A DNA stretch of 63,850 nt, filler included, from Candidatus Fermentibacterota bacterium (GTDB lineage Bacteria; JAFGKV01): assembly GCA_016928395.1 (NCBI GenBank). It is 7 parts of 7 records of this genome, joined end to end, with 100 filler letters (N's around TTAATTAATTAA, not from the genome) between each part and the next. Parts side by side here need not be neighbours in the genome. Positions count along the whole stretch, not along the records: positions 15,315 to 25,036 come from JAFGKV010000107.1; positions 25,137 to 40,281 come from JAFGKV010000108.1; 5 more parts are not named here. The stretch is one strand, 5' to 3'. Below the pieces are notes generated by a model. It was given only the letters and a program-made list of their open reading frames with translations. It had not been told where the DNA came from and ran no database searches. Below, in pieces: positions 20,607-29,986 of this stretch. Each line of letters begins with the position of its first letter. Positions within the stretch are counted from its first letter, which is position 1. The position numbers were made by a program, and so were the translations under genes.

Positions 20607-20983
20607 CTGAACGGGATGTACCCTTCGATCTCCTTGAACGCATCTTCCACTCGCCGCCTCGCCTTGCGATCGTGACCAACCTGCTGGATGCACCCCGGGG
20701 CATGGCGTTCTCGGAGTTGCGCGACCGATGCAGCCTTACCGACGGCAACCTCAACCGCCACCTCAAAACGCTCGCGCAATCGGGGATTGTCCAGATAGAC
20801 AAACGTTTCGTCGGAAGCTACCCGCGCACCACCATCACGTTGTCGGTGGAAGGCCGGGAGCGTTTCATGGAGTATCTGGGGGCGCTGGAGGCGGTACTCC
20901 ACGATGCCGCGCGTCGCCTCGGCACGCAGACGGCAAAGGCGGATAGGCCCGAGTCAGAGGAGTTGGGGCTTGCGACGACGTGA
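20603..20983 (+). CDS. Winged-helix transcriptional regulator (HTH_34 / MarR-ArsR-like)
   Basis: IFHSPPRLAIV..AFSELRDRCSLTDGNLNRHLKTL..K.FVG..PRT..L..EGRERF..Y. Confidence 0.88.
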   Translation: MTERDVPFDLLERIFHSPPRLAIVTNLLDAPRGMAFSELRDRCSLTDGNLNRHLKTLAQSGIVQIDKRFVGSYPRTTITLSVEGRERFMEYLGALEAVLHDAARRLGTQTAKADRPESEELGLATT

Positions 20984-21206
20984 GATCGGCCTGGTGATGC
21001 CGCAAATCCGAAATCCGAACCGCCCGGCATGGGGAGAGGCACACGTGGCTGAGTGGACTGATGGGATGCCGGAGTGGACCTTAGTGAAGGCTCGGAGCCT
21101 CCAGCCGACCAGTCCCCGGGTTTCAACTCCTCACTCCTATCTCCTCACCCCTCACCCCGCAGGCGCGCAGACGCGAGCCGAGTGTCTTCCCCCCTTTTTG
21201 CCCATT

Positions 21207-21225
21207 TACTCTGAATTCCAAAGTA
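21207..21225. promoter_or_regulatory. Candidate operator TACTCTG-N5-CAAAGTA with an overlapping extra TACTCTG half-site
   Basis: Same arms as the 19933 site, 30 nt upstream of the radical SAM gene. Confidence 0.65.
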
Positions 21226-21254
21226 CTCTGTGAATCACTCAGTGAAGGAGCACC

Positions 21255-22688
21255 ATGAAGGTCAAACTCATCCTCCCTGCTTTGACTGAAGCCCGAAGCC
21301 CCTACTTCCGCCCCATCAAGTACTCACTGTTCCCTCCGCTGGGGCTGGCGACGCTGGCCAGCTATCTCTCGCCCGACGACGAGGTGACCCTGTGCGACGA
21401 GCACGTCGAACGCCTTGATCTCCATGACGAACCCGAACTGGTGGCCATTGAGACCTACGTGACCGCGGCCAGGCGTTCCTATGAGATCGCCGACAACTAT
21501 CGCGCCAAGGGGGCGTATGTCTGCATCGGCGGTATCCACCCGACATCCCTGCCGGACGAGGCGGCTCAGCATGCCGACACGGTGTTCCTCGGCCCCGGAG
21601 AGGACACCTGGCCTCGATTCCTCGAGGACTTCAGGGCATGCCGGCCTCAACGACGATACCAGTCCGCCGTTCGGAGTCTGGTGGGTGCTCCTCCGCCGCG
21701 CCGGAATCTCATCAAGCGCCACAAGTACTTCGTGCCCAACTCCCTCATCGTCTCGCGAGGGTGCCCCCAGCGATGCGACTTCTGCTACAAGGAGGCGTTC
21801 TTCGCCGGCGGGCGTTCCTTCTACACCCAGGCCGTCGATGACGCCCTGGCGGAGGTCGATTCATTGCCCGGACGACATCTGTTCTTCCTTGATGACAATC
21901 TCTTCGCCGACAAGCGTTTCACGGCAGCGCTCTGCGACGGCATGCGGGGAATGGGTCGACTGTGGCAGGGCGCGGCAACCGTCGCTGCGCTCTTTGACGA
22001 TGATCTCCTCGACAATGCGGCGGCGTGCGGAATGCGGAGCCTGTTCGTGGGGTTTGAGACCCTCAGCAGGGAGGGCCTCTCCGACCAGAACAAGGTGCAC
22101 AACCTCAACCTCGACTATGCCTTGGCAATCCGCCGCCTGCACGACCGAGGGGTCATGGTCAATGCCTCGTTCGTGTTCGGCATGGACTACGATGACGAGT
22201 CGGTGTTCGACGCCACGGTGGACTGGGCAGTGGCGCAAGGCATCGAGACCGCCACCTTCCACATCCTCACGCCGTATCCCGGTACGATCCTGCACCAGCG
22301 CCTTGCACAGCAGGGCCGCATTCTGACCTCAGACTGGGACCTCTACGACACCCGCCACTCTGTGTTCCGGCCCGCGCGCATGAGCCCTGAGACGTTGGAG
22401 GCAGGCTACTGGCGGGCATACGAGCGGTTCTACTCCTGGCGAAGCATTCTGTCGGCAGCGTACACCAAGCCGTCATGGCAGGAGTTCGCCCGGCATGTGG
22501 CCTATTCAGGCGGCTGGAAGAAGTGCGAGCCCCTCTGGGCCTTTCTGATCCACACCGGCCTTCTGGGACGGGCACGGGGCGTCTTGGAGAGGGTTCTTGA
22601 GGGATTCGGTCACAGGGATGGTGTGCGCGAGTCCGCTTCAGAAGGCGCATCCCAGGATGAATGCGCGGTCGCTCCATTGCCCATGTAG
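21255..22688 (+). CDS. B12-binding domain radical SAM protein
   Basis: PPLGLATLA, GGIHPT, RGCPQRCDFC (CxxxCxxC), FLDDN, GFE, LTPYPGT. Confidence 0.93.
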   Translation: MKVKLILPALTEARSPYFRPIKYSLFPPLGLATLASYLSPDDEVTLCDEHVERLDLHDEPELVAIETYVTAARRSYEIADNYRAKGAYVCIGGIHPTSLPDEAAQHADTVFLGPGEDTWPRFLEDFRACRPQRRYQSAVRSLVGAPPPRRNLIKRHKYFVPNSLIVSRGCPQRCDFCYKEAFFAGGRSFYTQAVDDALAEVDSLPGRHLFFLDDNLFADKRFTAALCDGMRGMGRLWQGAATVAALFDDDLLDNAAACGMRSLFVGFETLSREGLSDQNKVHNLNLDYALAIRRLHDRGVMVNASFVFGMDYDDESVFDATVDWAVAQGIETATFHILTPYPGTILHQRLAQQGRILTSDWDLYDTRHSVFRPARMSPETLEAGYWRAYERFYSWRSILSAAYTKPSWQEFARHVAYSGGWKKCEPLWAFLIHTGLLGRARGVLERVLEGFGHRDGVRESASEGASQDECAVAPLPM

Positions 22689-22881
22689 AAGCCACGCCGC
22701 TCCGCGACGGGGATAGAACCCGGCGCAGAGCGCCGGGGTTACAGCACGCGGGGACGCAACGCGGCCGGAGCTGCAGCATGCGGTGGCTGCAGCACCGCCA
22801 TTGCGGAGGCACACGGGGATCGTTTCTTGATCGTGGTTCCCTGAGAATCGGCTCACAACCGTTCCTGCCAAGGAGTCGAAT

Positions 22882-24144
22882 ATGCCCATGACATTCGCGG
22901 AGAAGGTGCTGGCTCAGAAGGCCGGTCTAGATTCGGTCGTCCCGGGGCAGATCGTGACCGTACGGCCCGATCATGTCCTCATGCACGACAATGCGTCGGC
23001 AATCTTCGGCAAGGTGGCCGACGCATTGGGCACCTATGGCATCGCGAATCGTGAGATGCCGGTCATCATTCTGGATCACGTGATCCCGGCGGCCAGCGAG
23101 AAGGATGCAGCCGGGCACAAGAAGATCCGCCAGGCTGTCGAGCGCTTCAGTCTTCCCCACTTCTTCGACATCGGCCGGGGCATCTGCCACCAGGTCATGA
23201 TGGAGGAACGTTTCGTCCGCCCGGGGCAGCTCATCTTAGGCTCGGATTCGCACACCTGCACCTATGGCGCTTTGGGGGCCTTCGCCACAGGAATCGACCG
23301 CACCGAAGCGGCGGCGCTCTTGCTCACCGGCGAAACCTGGCTCAAGGTGCCGAACACGTTTCGCATCGTGCTGCGACGAGCGTTGAAGCCGCCGGTTTCA
23401 GCCAAGGACCTGGTACTCTCCCTCATTGGGAAGCTGGGGGCTGATGGCGCCGACTACCGCGCCGTTGAGTTCCACGGCTCCGTGGGCACGCTCTCCATGG
23501 ATGATCGGATGACCATCGCCAACATGGGCGTTGAGATGGGCGCCAAGATCTTCGTGTTTCCCGTGGATCACTCGACCAGGGAGTGGCTCTCGTCCCGTGG
23601 GTTCGGCCCCGATGCGTATGAGCCTGTCTGGGCCGATGTTGCCGCCACCTATGAGCGAGAGATCACCTTTGACCTCGCCGAGATCGTCCCCGTGGTGGCG
23701 ATGCCGCACAAGGTCGACAAGGTGAAACCGGTAACCGAGGTCGCCGGCCTGCCCATCCAGCAGGCTTTGCTGGGTACCTGCACCAATGGCCGTCTGGCCG
23801 ACCTGCGGATCGCGGCAGACCTGCTCAAGGGCAAGAAGGTGGCCCCCGGCGTACGTCTTCTGGCGTTGCCCGCTTCCCGCGAGGTGCTGCAGGAGGCTAT
23901 TGCCTCGGGCGTCGTCTCGACGCTCATTGAGGCCGGCGCGGTTGTGCTTCCTCCCGGGTGCGGTCCATGTTTGGGCGCGCATCAGGGAGCTCTGGCCCCG
24001 GGCGAGCGGTGCATCAGCACGGCGAACCGCAACTTCAAGGGTCGCATGGGCTGCAAGGAGGCGGAGATAGTTCTGGCCAGCCCGGCCACCGTGGCAGCCA
24101 GTGCGATAACCGGCGTCATCACGGATCCGCGGGAGGTGGGATGA
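22882..24144 (+). CDS. 3-isopropylmalate dehydratase/homoaconitase family large subunit (LeuC/HacA type)
   Basis: GICHQV, GSDSHTCT, LGTCTNGR, PGCGPCLG, STANRNFKGRMG, ASPATVAASA. Confidence 0.92.
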   Translation: MPMTFAEKVLAQKAGLDSVVPGQIVTVRPDHVLMHDNASAIFGKVADALGTYGIANREMPVIILDHVIPAASEKDAAGHKKIRQAVERFSLPHFFDIGRGICHQVMMEERFVRPGQLILGSDSHTCTYGALGAFATGIDRTEAAALLLTGETWLKVPNTFRIVLRRALKPPVSAKDLVLSLIGKLGADGADYRAVEFHGSVGTLSMDDRMTIANMGVEMGAKIFVFPVDHSTREWLSSRGFGPDAYEPVWADVAATYEREITFDLAEIVPVVAMPHKVDKVKPVTEVAGLPIQQALLGTCTNGRLADLRIAADLLKGKKVAPGVRLLALPASREVLQEAIASGVVSTLIEAGAVVLPPGCGPCLGAHQGALAPGERCISTANRNFKGRMGCKEAEIVLASPATVAASAITGVITDPREVG

Positions 24145-24638
24145 TGAGAGTCTGGAAGTACGGCGACGACATCAATACCGATATGCTGTTCCCCGGCAAG
24201 TACACGTATACCTGCGCCACGGCAGAAGAGATCAAGCCACATCTCTTGGAAGACCTCGATCCCCGGTTCGCCACCGAGGTGCAGCCGGGCGACATCATCC
24301 TGGCGGGCAAGAACTTCGGCTGCGGCAGCTCCCGGGAGCAGCCCGCGCTGGGCTTGAGGGCCGTGGGTGTTGCCGCGGTGGTGGCGAAGAGCTTTTCGAG
24401 AATCTTCTACCGGGCCGCCATCAACCAGGGCCTTTTGCTGGTCGAGTGCCCGCAGGCGGTGGATGCGTACGCCGAGGGTGATGGGGCGACCCTCGATCCC
24501 GCCGCGGGAACCATCACGGTCGGCGCGAAAACCTTCACGTTTCCCAAGTTGCCGGAGCGCATCCTGGCCATCAGGGATGCGGGAGGACTCCTGCCGTACA
24601 CCTTGGCAAGGCTGAAGGAACAGAGGGAATTCGCGTAG
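24141..24638 (+). CDS. 3-isopropylmalate dehydratase/homoaconitase small subunit (LeuD/HacB type)
   Basis: VWKYGDDINTD, GKNFGCGSSRE, SFSRIFYRAAINQGL, AGGL; ATGA overlap with the large subunit. Confidence 0.92.
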   Translation: MMRVWKYGDDINTDMLFPGKYTYTCATAEEIKPHLLEDLDPRFATEVQPGDIILAGKNFGCGSSREQPALGLRAVGVAAVVAKSFSRIFYRAAINQGLLLVECPQAVDAYAEGDGATLDPAAGTITVGAKTFTFPKLPERILAIRDAGGLLPYTLARLKEQREFA

Positions 24639-24698
24639 CGACTCCGCAGGCTGCCGCATAGTGCCCATCCAGTCATCTCACGCAAGGAGTGTCTCTAC

Positions 24699-25036
24699 AT
24701 GTGTGTCGTGAAGCGAACCGGCGCATCAGCGAGGCTTCGGGCGCGTGTCCCATGGGCCGGTGTGTGGGCCGCAGTACTGGCATGGTTTGGGACGGCTGTG
24801 GCCGGCACAGAGGGGCCCCGGCTTGCCATCACCATCGATGACCTCCCCTTCGTCAACGCCGTGAAGCCGGGAGACTCGCGGATAGAGGCGACGGGACGCA
24901 TTCTGTCGTCCCTGACGGCGCACGATGTGCCGGCTACCGGGTTCGTGGTCTGCGATCGGATAGGGGGGCAGGAGGAGATCCTGCAGCGGTGGATGGATGC
25001 CGGCATGGAGCTGGGCAACCACTCCTGTTCGCACCC
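24699..25036 (+). CDS. Signal peptide plus N-terminal half of a polysaccharide deacetylase (cut by linker)
   Basis: AITIDDLP (CE4 motif 1), VPATGFV, ELGNHSCSH (motif 2). Confidence 0.85.
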
Positions 25037-25137
25037 NNNNNNNNNNNNNNNNNNNNNNNNNNNNNNNNNNNNNNNNNNNNTTAATTAATTAANNNNNNNN
25101 NNNNNNNNNNNNNNNNNNNNNNNNNNNNNNNNNNNNG

Positions 25138-26469
25138 ATGCCGCTTGGCAAATGGGCGGAGGAGGTGCGTGCGTGCGCCGACACCCTGGCACGATTCACC
25201 GGCACGCGCCCCCACTGGTTCCGCTATCCCTTCCTACAGATGGGCGCGACCGCCAGGCTGCGGGATTCGGCAATGGCAATCGTGCACGACAGCGGCCAAC
25301 GGATCGCCCACGTATCGGTCGATACCGGCGAGTGGGCGCTGGTCAAGCCGTATGTGGATGCATGGCGCGCGGGGGACGCGCGCCTGGCGAGAACGGTCGG
25401 AGACGCCTATGTGGAGCACCTATTGAACGCCATCGACCACTACCGTGCCGTGGCCCAGGCCCGATTCGGGCATGATGTCCCCCAGGTGCTTCTCCTCCAC
25501 GCCAATGCGCTGGCTGCCGACTACCTGGATGCGCTGCTGACGGCACTGGAAGACCGCGGCGTCACTTTCGTCTCTTTGGCGGATGCACTCTCCGACTCGG
25601 TGTATGCGCTGCCTGACGGGTACGTGGGGCCCATCGGCCTGTCGTGGCTGTATCGTGCGGCGCCCTATCTGGAGGGCGCCTGGTCATGGGATGATGCACA
25701 GGTGAAAGCCTTTGGCCAACGCTTCGGCGGCCGGACTGATCCCGACTCCTGTTGGATCGATCAAGACCTTCGCGTCCGCAGGCTCCGCTCTGGCGTGTGG
25801 GTTGTCACCCACGAAAGGCCGTGGCCCGCCAACTCGTTGGTGGCCGAGCTGGCCGATTCAACCATCTTGCTCGTCGACACGCCCTACACCCCGGCGGCGA
25901 CCCGCAGCATGCTCCAGTGGATCTTTGCCCGGTTCGGACGCCGCCCGATGATCGCGGTGAATACCCATTTCCACTACGATGCCCTGGGAGGCAATGAGGC
26001 GCTCGGGGAGGCGGGCGTGCCTGTCTATGGTTCCGACTTCACCGTGCGGCTGCTGGCCGAGCGGGAAGACGCCATGCGGGAGCAGGTCGTGGGCTGGCTC
26101 CGCGGTCGGCCCGAAGGAGACTGGTTCGCAGATCTGAGGCTGGTTGCCCCGGACCATCTCTTCCCCGTGGACGAAGGGCTCGTCCTGGTGCGTGGGGATA
26201 CGGTGCGGGTGATCTACCCCGGCCCGGCCCATTCATCCGACAATGTCGTGGTCTACCTTCCCAGCCAGAGGACCCTGTTCGGTGGATGCATGCTCCTCAG
26301 CGGCGACAGAATCGGCAACACCACCGATGCCGATGTGCCCGCCTGGCCTGCGGCGGTGGAGCGACTGAGGGGGCTACCGGCAGATTTCGTGATACCCGGC
26401 CACGGCGATCTCTTCACGCCGGGCCTGCTGGATCATACGGTTCACGTGCTGGCCGCATCTCAAGAATAG
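25138..26469 (+). CDS. C-terminal half of a polysaccharide deacetylase fused to a subclass B1-like metallo-beta-lactamase (5' cut by linker)
   Basis: CE4 motifs WFRYPFL, VDTGEW and VLLLHAN, then MBL motifs LVDTP, THFHYD, GPAHSSDN, LFGGC, IGN, IPGHG. Confidence 0.88.
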   Translation: MPLGKWAEEVRACADTLARFTGTRPHWFRYPFLQMGATARLRDSAMAIVHDSGQRIAHVSVDTGEWALVKPYVDAWRAGDARLARTVGDAYVEHLLNAIDHYRAVAQARFGHDVPQVLLLHANALAADYLDALLTALEDRGVTFVSLADALSDSVYALPDGYVGPIGLSWLYRAAPYLEGAWSWDDAQVKAFGQRFGGRTDPDSCWIDQDLRVRRLRSGVWVVTHERPWPANSLVAELADSTILLVDTPYTPAATRSMLQWIFARFGRRPMIAVNTHFHYDALGGNEALGEAGVPVYGSDFTVRLLAEREDAMREQVVGWLRGRPEGDWFADLRLVAPDHLFPVDEGLVLVRGDTVRVIYPGPAHSSDNVVVYLPSQRTLFGGCMLLSGDRIGNTTDADVPAWPAAVERLRGLPADFVIPGHGDLFTPGLLDHTVHVLAASQE

Positions 26470-26555
26470 CAGCTTTCGGCTCGTCGCTCAGGGGCGGGTG
26501 CCGTTGACCTGCCGCGAACCATCGGTCGGTGGGAGGCGAGAAGACGGGGCGGACG

Positions 26556-27977
26556 CTACCGGATGGAGTGGCGAAGCCGGGAGAACCCCATGGTGGCGAC
26601 CGAAAGGGCGCCGTGGAACATGACCTGCACGTCATACCACCCGCGGATCCCGGCGATCCTGCGCAGGACGTATGAGGGGCGGGCATAGTAGCGGGCATAG
26701 CCCCGTTCCACCAAGTCGACTATCTGTTCCTCAGTCATGGTGGGCGCGACAAAGGGCGCCGCCTTGAAGAGCATGCCAAGTCGCTCCTGGGGAGCATTGA
26801 GTCGTCCATAGCGGTCAATCTCGTCGTACAGCTTTGTGCCGGGAAACGGGGTCAGGGGGAAGAACTCCACGTAGAAGTGATTCATGCTGCACGCGAACCG
26901 TATGGTCTCCTGCCCCTCTTCATAGGTTTCCCCGGGGATCCCGAACACATAGGTGCCCATGCTCTCGATGCCCGCCCGGTGGGTGAGGCACACCGCCTCA
27001 CGGCCCTGCTCTACCGTGGTGCGCTTGTTGAGCGTCGCCAGGTTCTTCTCCACACCGCTTTCCAGCCCGTAGCTGATGCACCAGCATCCGGCGCGCTTCA
27101 TCATCCGCAGCAGTTCCTCGTCGACCGTGTCGACCCGGCCGGTGCACCAGAACACAATCTTCAGATTGCGCCGCAGGATCTCCTCGCAGATTCCCATGGC
27201 ACGCTCTCGATTCAGCATGAACTGCTCGTCCCAGAATTTGATCTCGCGGGCCCCGTGCCTTCGTACATACGACTCGATCTCATCCACCACGTGGCCGGGC
27301 GAGCGATACCGCGTCGCGCCGTTGATGGTCTTGAAGCAGAAAATGCATCGGCTGGCGCAGCCGCGCGAGCTTATCACCTGCATCGCCGGAAGTCGCTTCA
27401 CCTGGCCATAGGAAGGCCGATACGAATAGTGGGCGACGAGGTCATAGGCTGGCATGGGCAGCGCATCGAGGTCAGGAATGGGAGCGCGGGGAGGGTTCTG
27501 TACGATGAGGTCGCCGTCCCGCCAGACGCAGCCCTGCACGCCATCCAGATCGGCCCCTGACGCCACACGTGCGGCAAGTTCTACCACCGTGAGGTCGCCC
27601 TCCCCGTATACCACGGCGTCCAGCGCGGGCTCGTCGAGGCAGCGTGACATGAAGCCGGTGGGGGCCGGACCGCCTGCAACGGTGAATGTCTTCGGATCCA
27701 GACGTTTCACCCGACGGAATAGCTCCGTGGCCCGATTCCACATGAGCGTGACGCTGTAGACGCCCAGAAGATCAGGCTTCCATGCCTCGATCTCCCCCAG
27801 CAGTTGCGCTTCGGTGTGAAAGTGACCATCGAGGATCCGCACGTCATGCCCCGCCTGGCGCAAGGCCGCACCTACGGAGAGCACTCCCGGCATGGGCCAG
27901 ACGCCCGATACGGCCCGTGTCTGGACCGAACGGATATCCTCGGTTCTCCAGGAGGGGGAGGTGAGAAGGCATTTCAT
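26556..27977 (-). CDS. B12-binding domain radical SAM protein
   Basis: GGPAPT, GEGD, SRGCASRCIFC, GLESG, FGIPGET, TPFPGT. Confidence 0.93.
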   Translation of the reverse strand: MKCLLTSPSWRTEDIRSVQTRAVSGVWPMPGVLSVGAALRQAGHDVRILDGHFHTEAQLLGEIEAWKPDLLGVYSVTLMWNRATELFRRVKRLDPKTFTVAGGPAPTGFMSRCLDEPALDAVVYGEGDLTVVELAARVASGADLDGVQGCVWRDGDLIVQNPPRAPIPDLDALPMPAYDLVAHYSYRPSYGQVKRLPAMQVISSRGCASRCIFCFKTINGATRYRSPGHVVDEIESYVRRHGAREIKFWDEQFMLNRERAMGICEEILRRNLKIVFWCTGRVDTVDEELLRMMKRAGCWCISYGLESGVEKNLATLNKRTTVEQGREAVCLTHRAGIESMGTYVFGIPGETYEEGQETIRFACSMNHFYVEFFPLTPFPGTKLYDEIDRYGRLNAPQERLGMLFKAAPFVAPTMTEEQIVDLVERGYARYYARPSYVLRRIAGIRGWYDVQVMFHGALSVATMGFSRLRHSIR

Positions 27978-28147
27978 GAAGGTTTCCTATCTTTAGGCAC
28001 GCGCCCGTGACCACGGGGTGGGGTCACCATCCACGAATGGCGCGCGTTGTGCGGGGTGCTCCCCACGGGCAGCGGAATGCTGCGGACGGGAAAGAGTGCC
28101 GACAGCAGGTGCAAGACCACCGTCGAGGTGAAGACCGCCGTGGATCA

Positions 28148-29986
28148 TCACGGGGAGCCAAAGTCCTTCACTGTTATGTCGCGGGAATGGGGATCGTACC
28201 TGAGCAGATACCCGCTCCGGCCCGGGAAGCGTTGCAGACATGCCCGGTCTGTCTCAGGGCTGATGTGCCGTGCATAGATGATCGGTCTGCGCAAGAACGG
28301 ATCATTGTGTATGAAGCCAGAGGTGTAATAGTCGGCGGGCTCCTCCGGGCACTGCATGAACACCACGGCGGGGGTCTTTACCTGCTGTCGCGCGACTTCG
28401 TGAACCCTCGGATCAACGCCAAGGCGACGGTCAGTCAAATCACGAACCCGCATGGGCACGTACAGCACGAACGACACGAGGAACAGCGCTCCGACGGCGG
28501 CTAATGCGGCATTCGACCCGGCAACACCGAACCTCCGGCGGAGGCCGCTGACCCCTCCACGGATGCCCAGAGCCGAGAGGATCACGAGTCCCGGCCAGGA
28601 ATCAAGGTAGTGTCGCGGCCCATGTTCGACTGCGGAATACCAACTGAAGAACAGAATGCTCCCGGTCATCAGCACTGCCAGCGCAAAGGCCCAACTCCAT
28701 ACGGAGCGGCGGCTGCACCAGAATCCCGCCATTGCCGGTATCAGCGAGATGAGCGGCCACCCGAACAGACCCGTCGAGAGGGTGGCAGACTGCAGCAGGA
28801 GGTTCCGGGCTCCTTTCGCGGGGTTGTGACCCATGCTGCCGTAGCTGGGCCCGTGGGAGGCGGAATCACCAAAGCCCAAAAGCGAATTGGGGTAGATGCA
28901 TTGCCGTGCCGTGCACAGCGCGTGGCCGGTCACCGCATGGTTGTAGAACAACCAAAGGGTGATGAGGGGAACAGCGCCCAGCAGGATCCTCCCCCACCGT
29001 GCCCACAGCGGACCCCGGCGTTTCCACGAGCTCAACTCCACCACCATGATGGGCACCAGCAGAATCCCCGCCGCCAACGGGCGGACGAGGAAGAGTGCGC
29101 CGACGGCGACGCCGACACACCAATCCCACAATCGCCGATTGCCCCTTCCGTGGGCCTTGGCCACCGCCAGAAACACGAATGATGAAAGGGCCAGAGAGGT
29201 TACGTGGTAGCTGTGGCAGGCCGCCAGGAACACGAAGAAGGGAGAGATGGCACCAATGGCCAGTGCCAAGACCGCCAGGCCCGCGCCATGAAGGTGCGCG
29301 GCCAGGAAATAAAGAAGCCAGAGTGAAAGCGCACCAGTGAGCGGGCCGACCGCCCACGCCAACCCGAATCGGTCGGCGAGCCCCAGAAGTAGTGGATGGC
29401 CCGGTTCATAGGGAGTGATCCATCGGCCGTTCCAGATGACCATGCCGCGGAGCGCGAACGCATCGACGCACGCCGGCGGGGGTGCGCTCAGCGACCCCGC
29501 TGCCAGCGCCCTGCCCTGAAACAAATACTGCGCTTCGTCCCGGCTTCCGGGAAGCCTTTGCATGGGCCACGCTGCCACCGCAAGGAGTACGCAGAGCCCG
29601 AGAAACACCAAAGTCCACGGCCGCAGCCGCCCCGCGACTCTGTCCAGCGCCCCCGCGATGTCAAACTTCAGCAGCGCCCCACTCATCAAGGCCAACGCGC
29701 CGATGGCTGGCCCCAAGAAGAGAAGCTGCCACAGCTTGTCCCACCGGCGGCGGGACAGCACGGTGCTCACCTGCCTGCCGGAGACCATTCCGTAGGCTAT
29801 GACGCCCGCAATCAAGACCGCCACGCTCCCAATCAAGAGCACCCGATACGCCCGCCGGGAGGATTCCCCGCGCATCGTATCTTGAACAAGAGCGCCAAGG
29901 CTCCCGTTGTCGTCGCCCGGGCCTTTCGCGGGAGAGCCCGAAATCATGGGTTCAAGTGGGGGAGGCGCTTCGGCTCGGAATCGCAT
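28148..29986 (-). CDS. GT-C fold membrane glycosyltransferase (ArnT/PMT-like); start uncertain
   Basis: Many TM segments, DEAQYLFQG early loop, YEPGHPLLL, LFLVRP, GPRHY. Confidence 0.75.
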   Translation of the reverse strand: MRFRAEAPPPLEPMISGSPAKGPGDDNGSLGALVQDTMRGESSRRAYRVLLIGSVAVLIAGVIAYGMVSGRQVSTVLSRRRWDKLWQLLFLGPAIGALALMSGALLKFDIAGALDRVAGRLRPWTLVFLGLCVLLAVAAWPMQRLPGSRDEAQYLFQGRALAAGSLSAPPPACVDAFALRGMVIWNGRWITPYEPGHPLLLGLADRFGLAWAVGPLTGALSLWLLYFLAAHLHGAGLAVLALAIGAISPFFVFLAACHSYHVTSLALSSFVFLAVAKAHGRGNRRLWDWCVGVAVGALFLVRPLAAGILLVPIMVVELSSWKRRGPLWARWGRILLGAVPLITLWLFYNHAVTGHALCTARQCIYPNSLLGFGDSASHGPSYGSMGHNPAKGARNLLLQSATLSTGLFGWPLISLIPAMAGFWCSRRSVWSWAFALAVLMTGSILFFSWYSAVEHGPRHYLDSWPGLVILSALGIRGGVSGLRRRFGVAGSNAALAAVGALFLVSFVLYVPMRVRDLTDRRLGVDPRVHEVARQQVKTPAVVFMQCPEEPADYYTSGFIHNDPFLRRPIIYARHISPETDRACLQRFPGRSGYLLRYDPHSRDITVKDFGSP

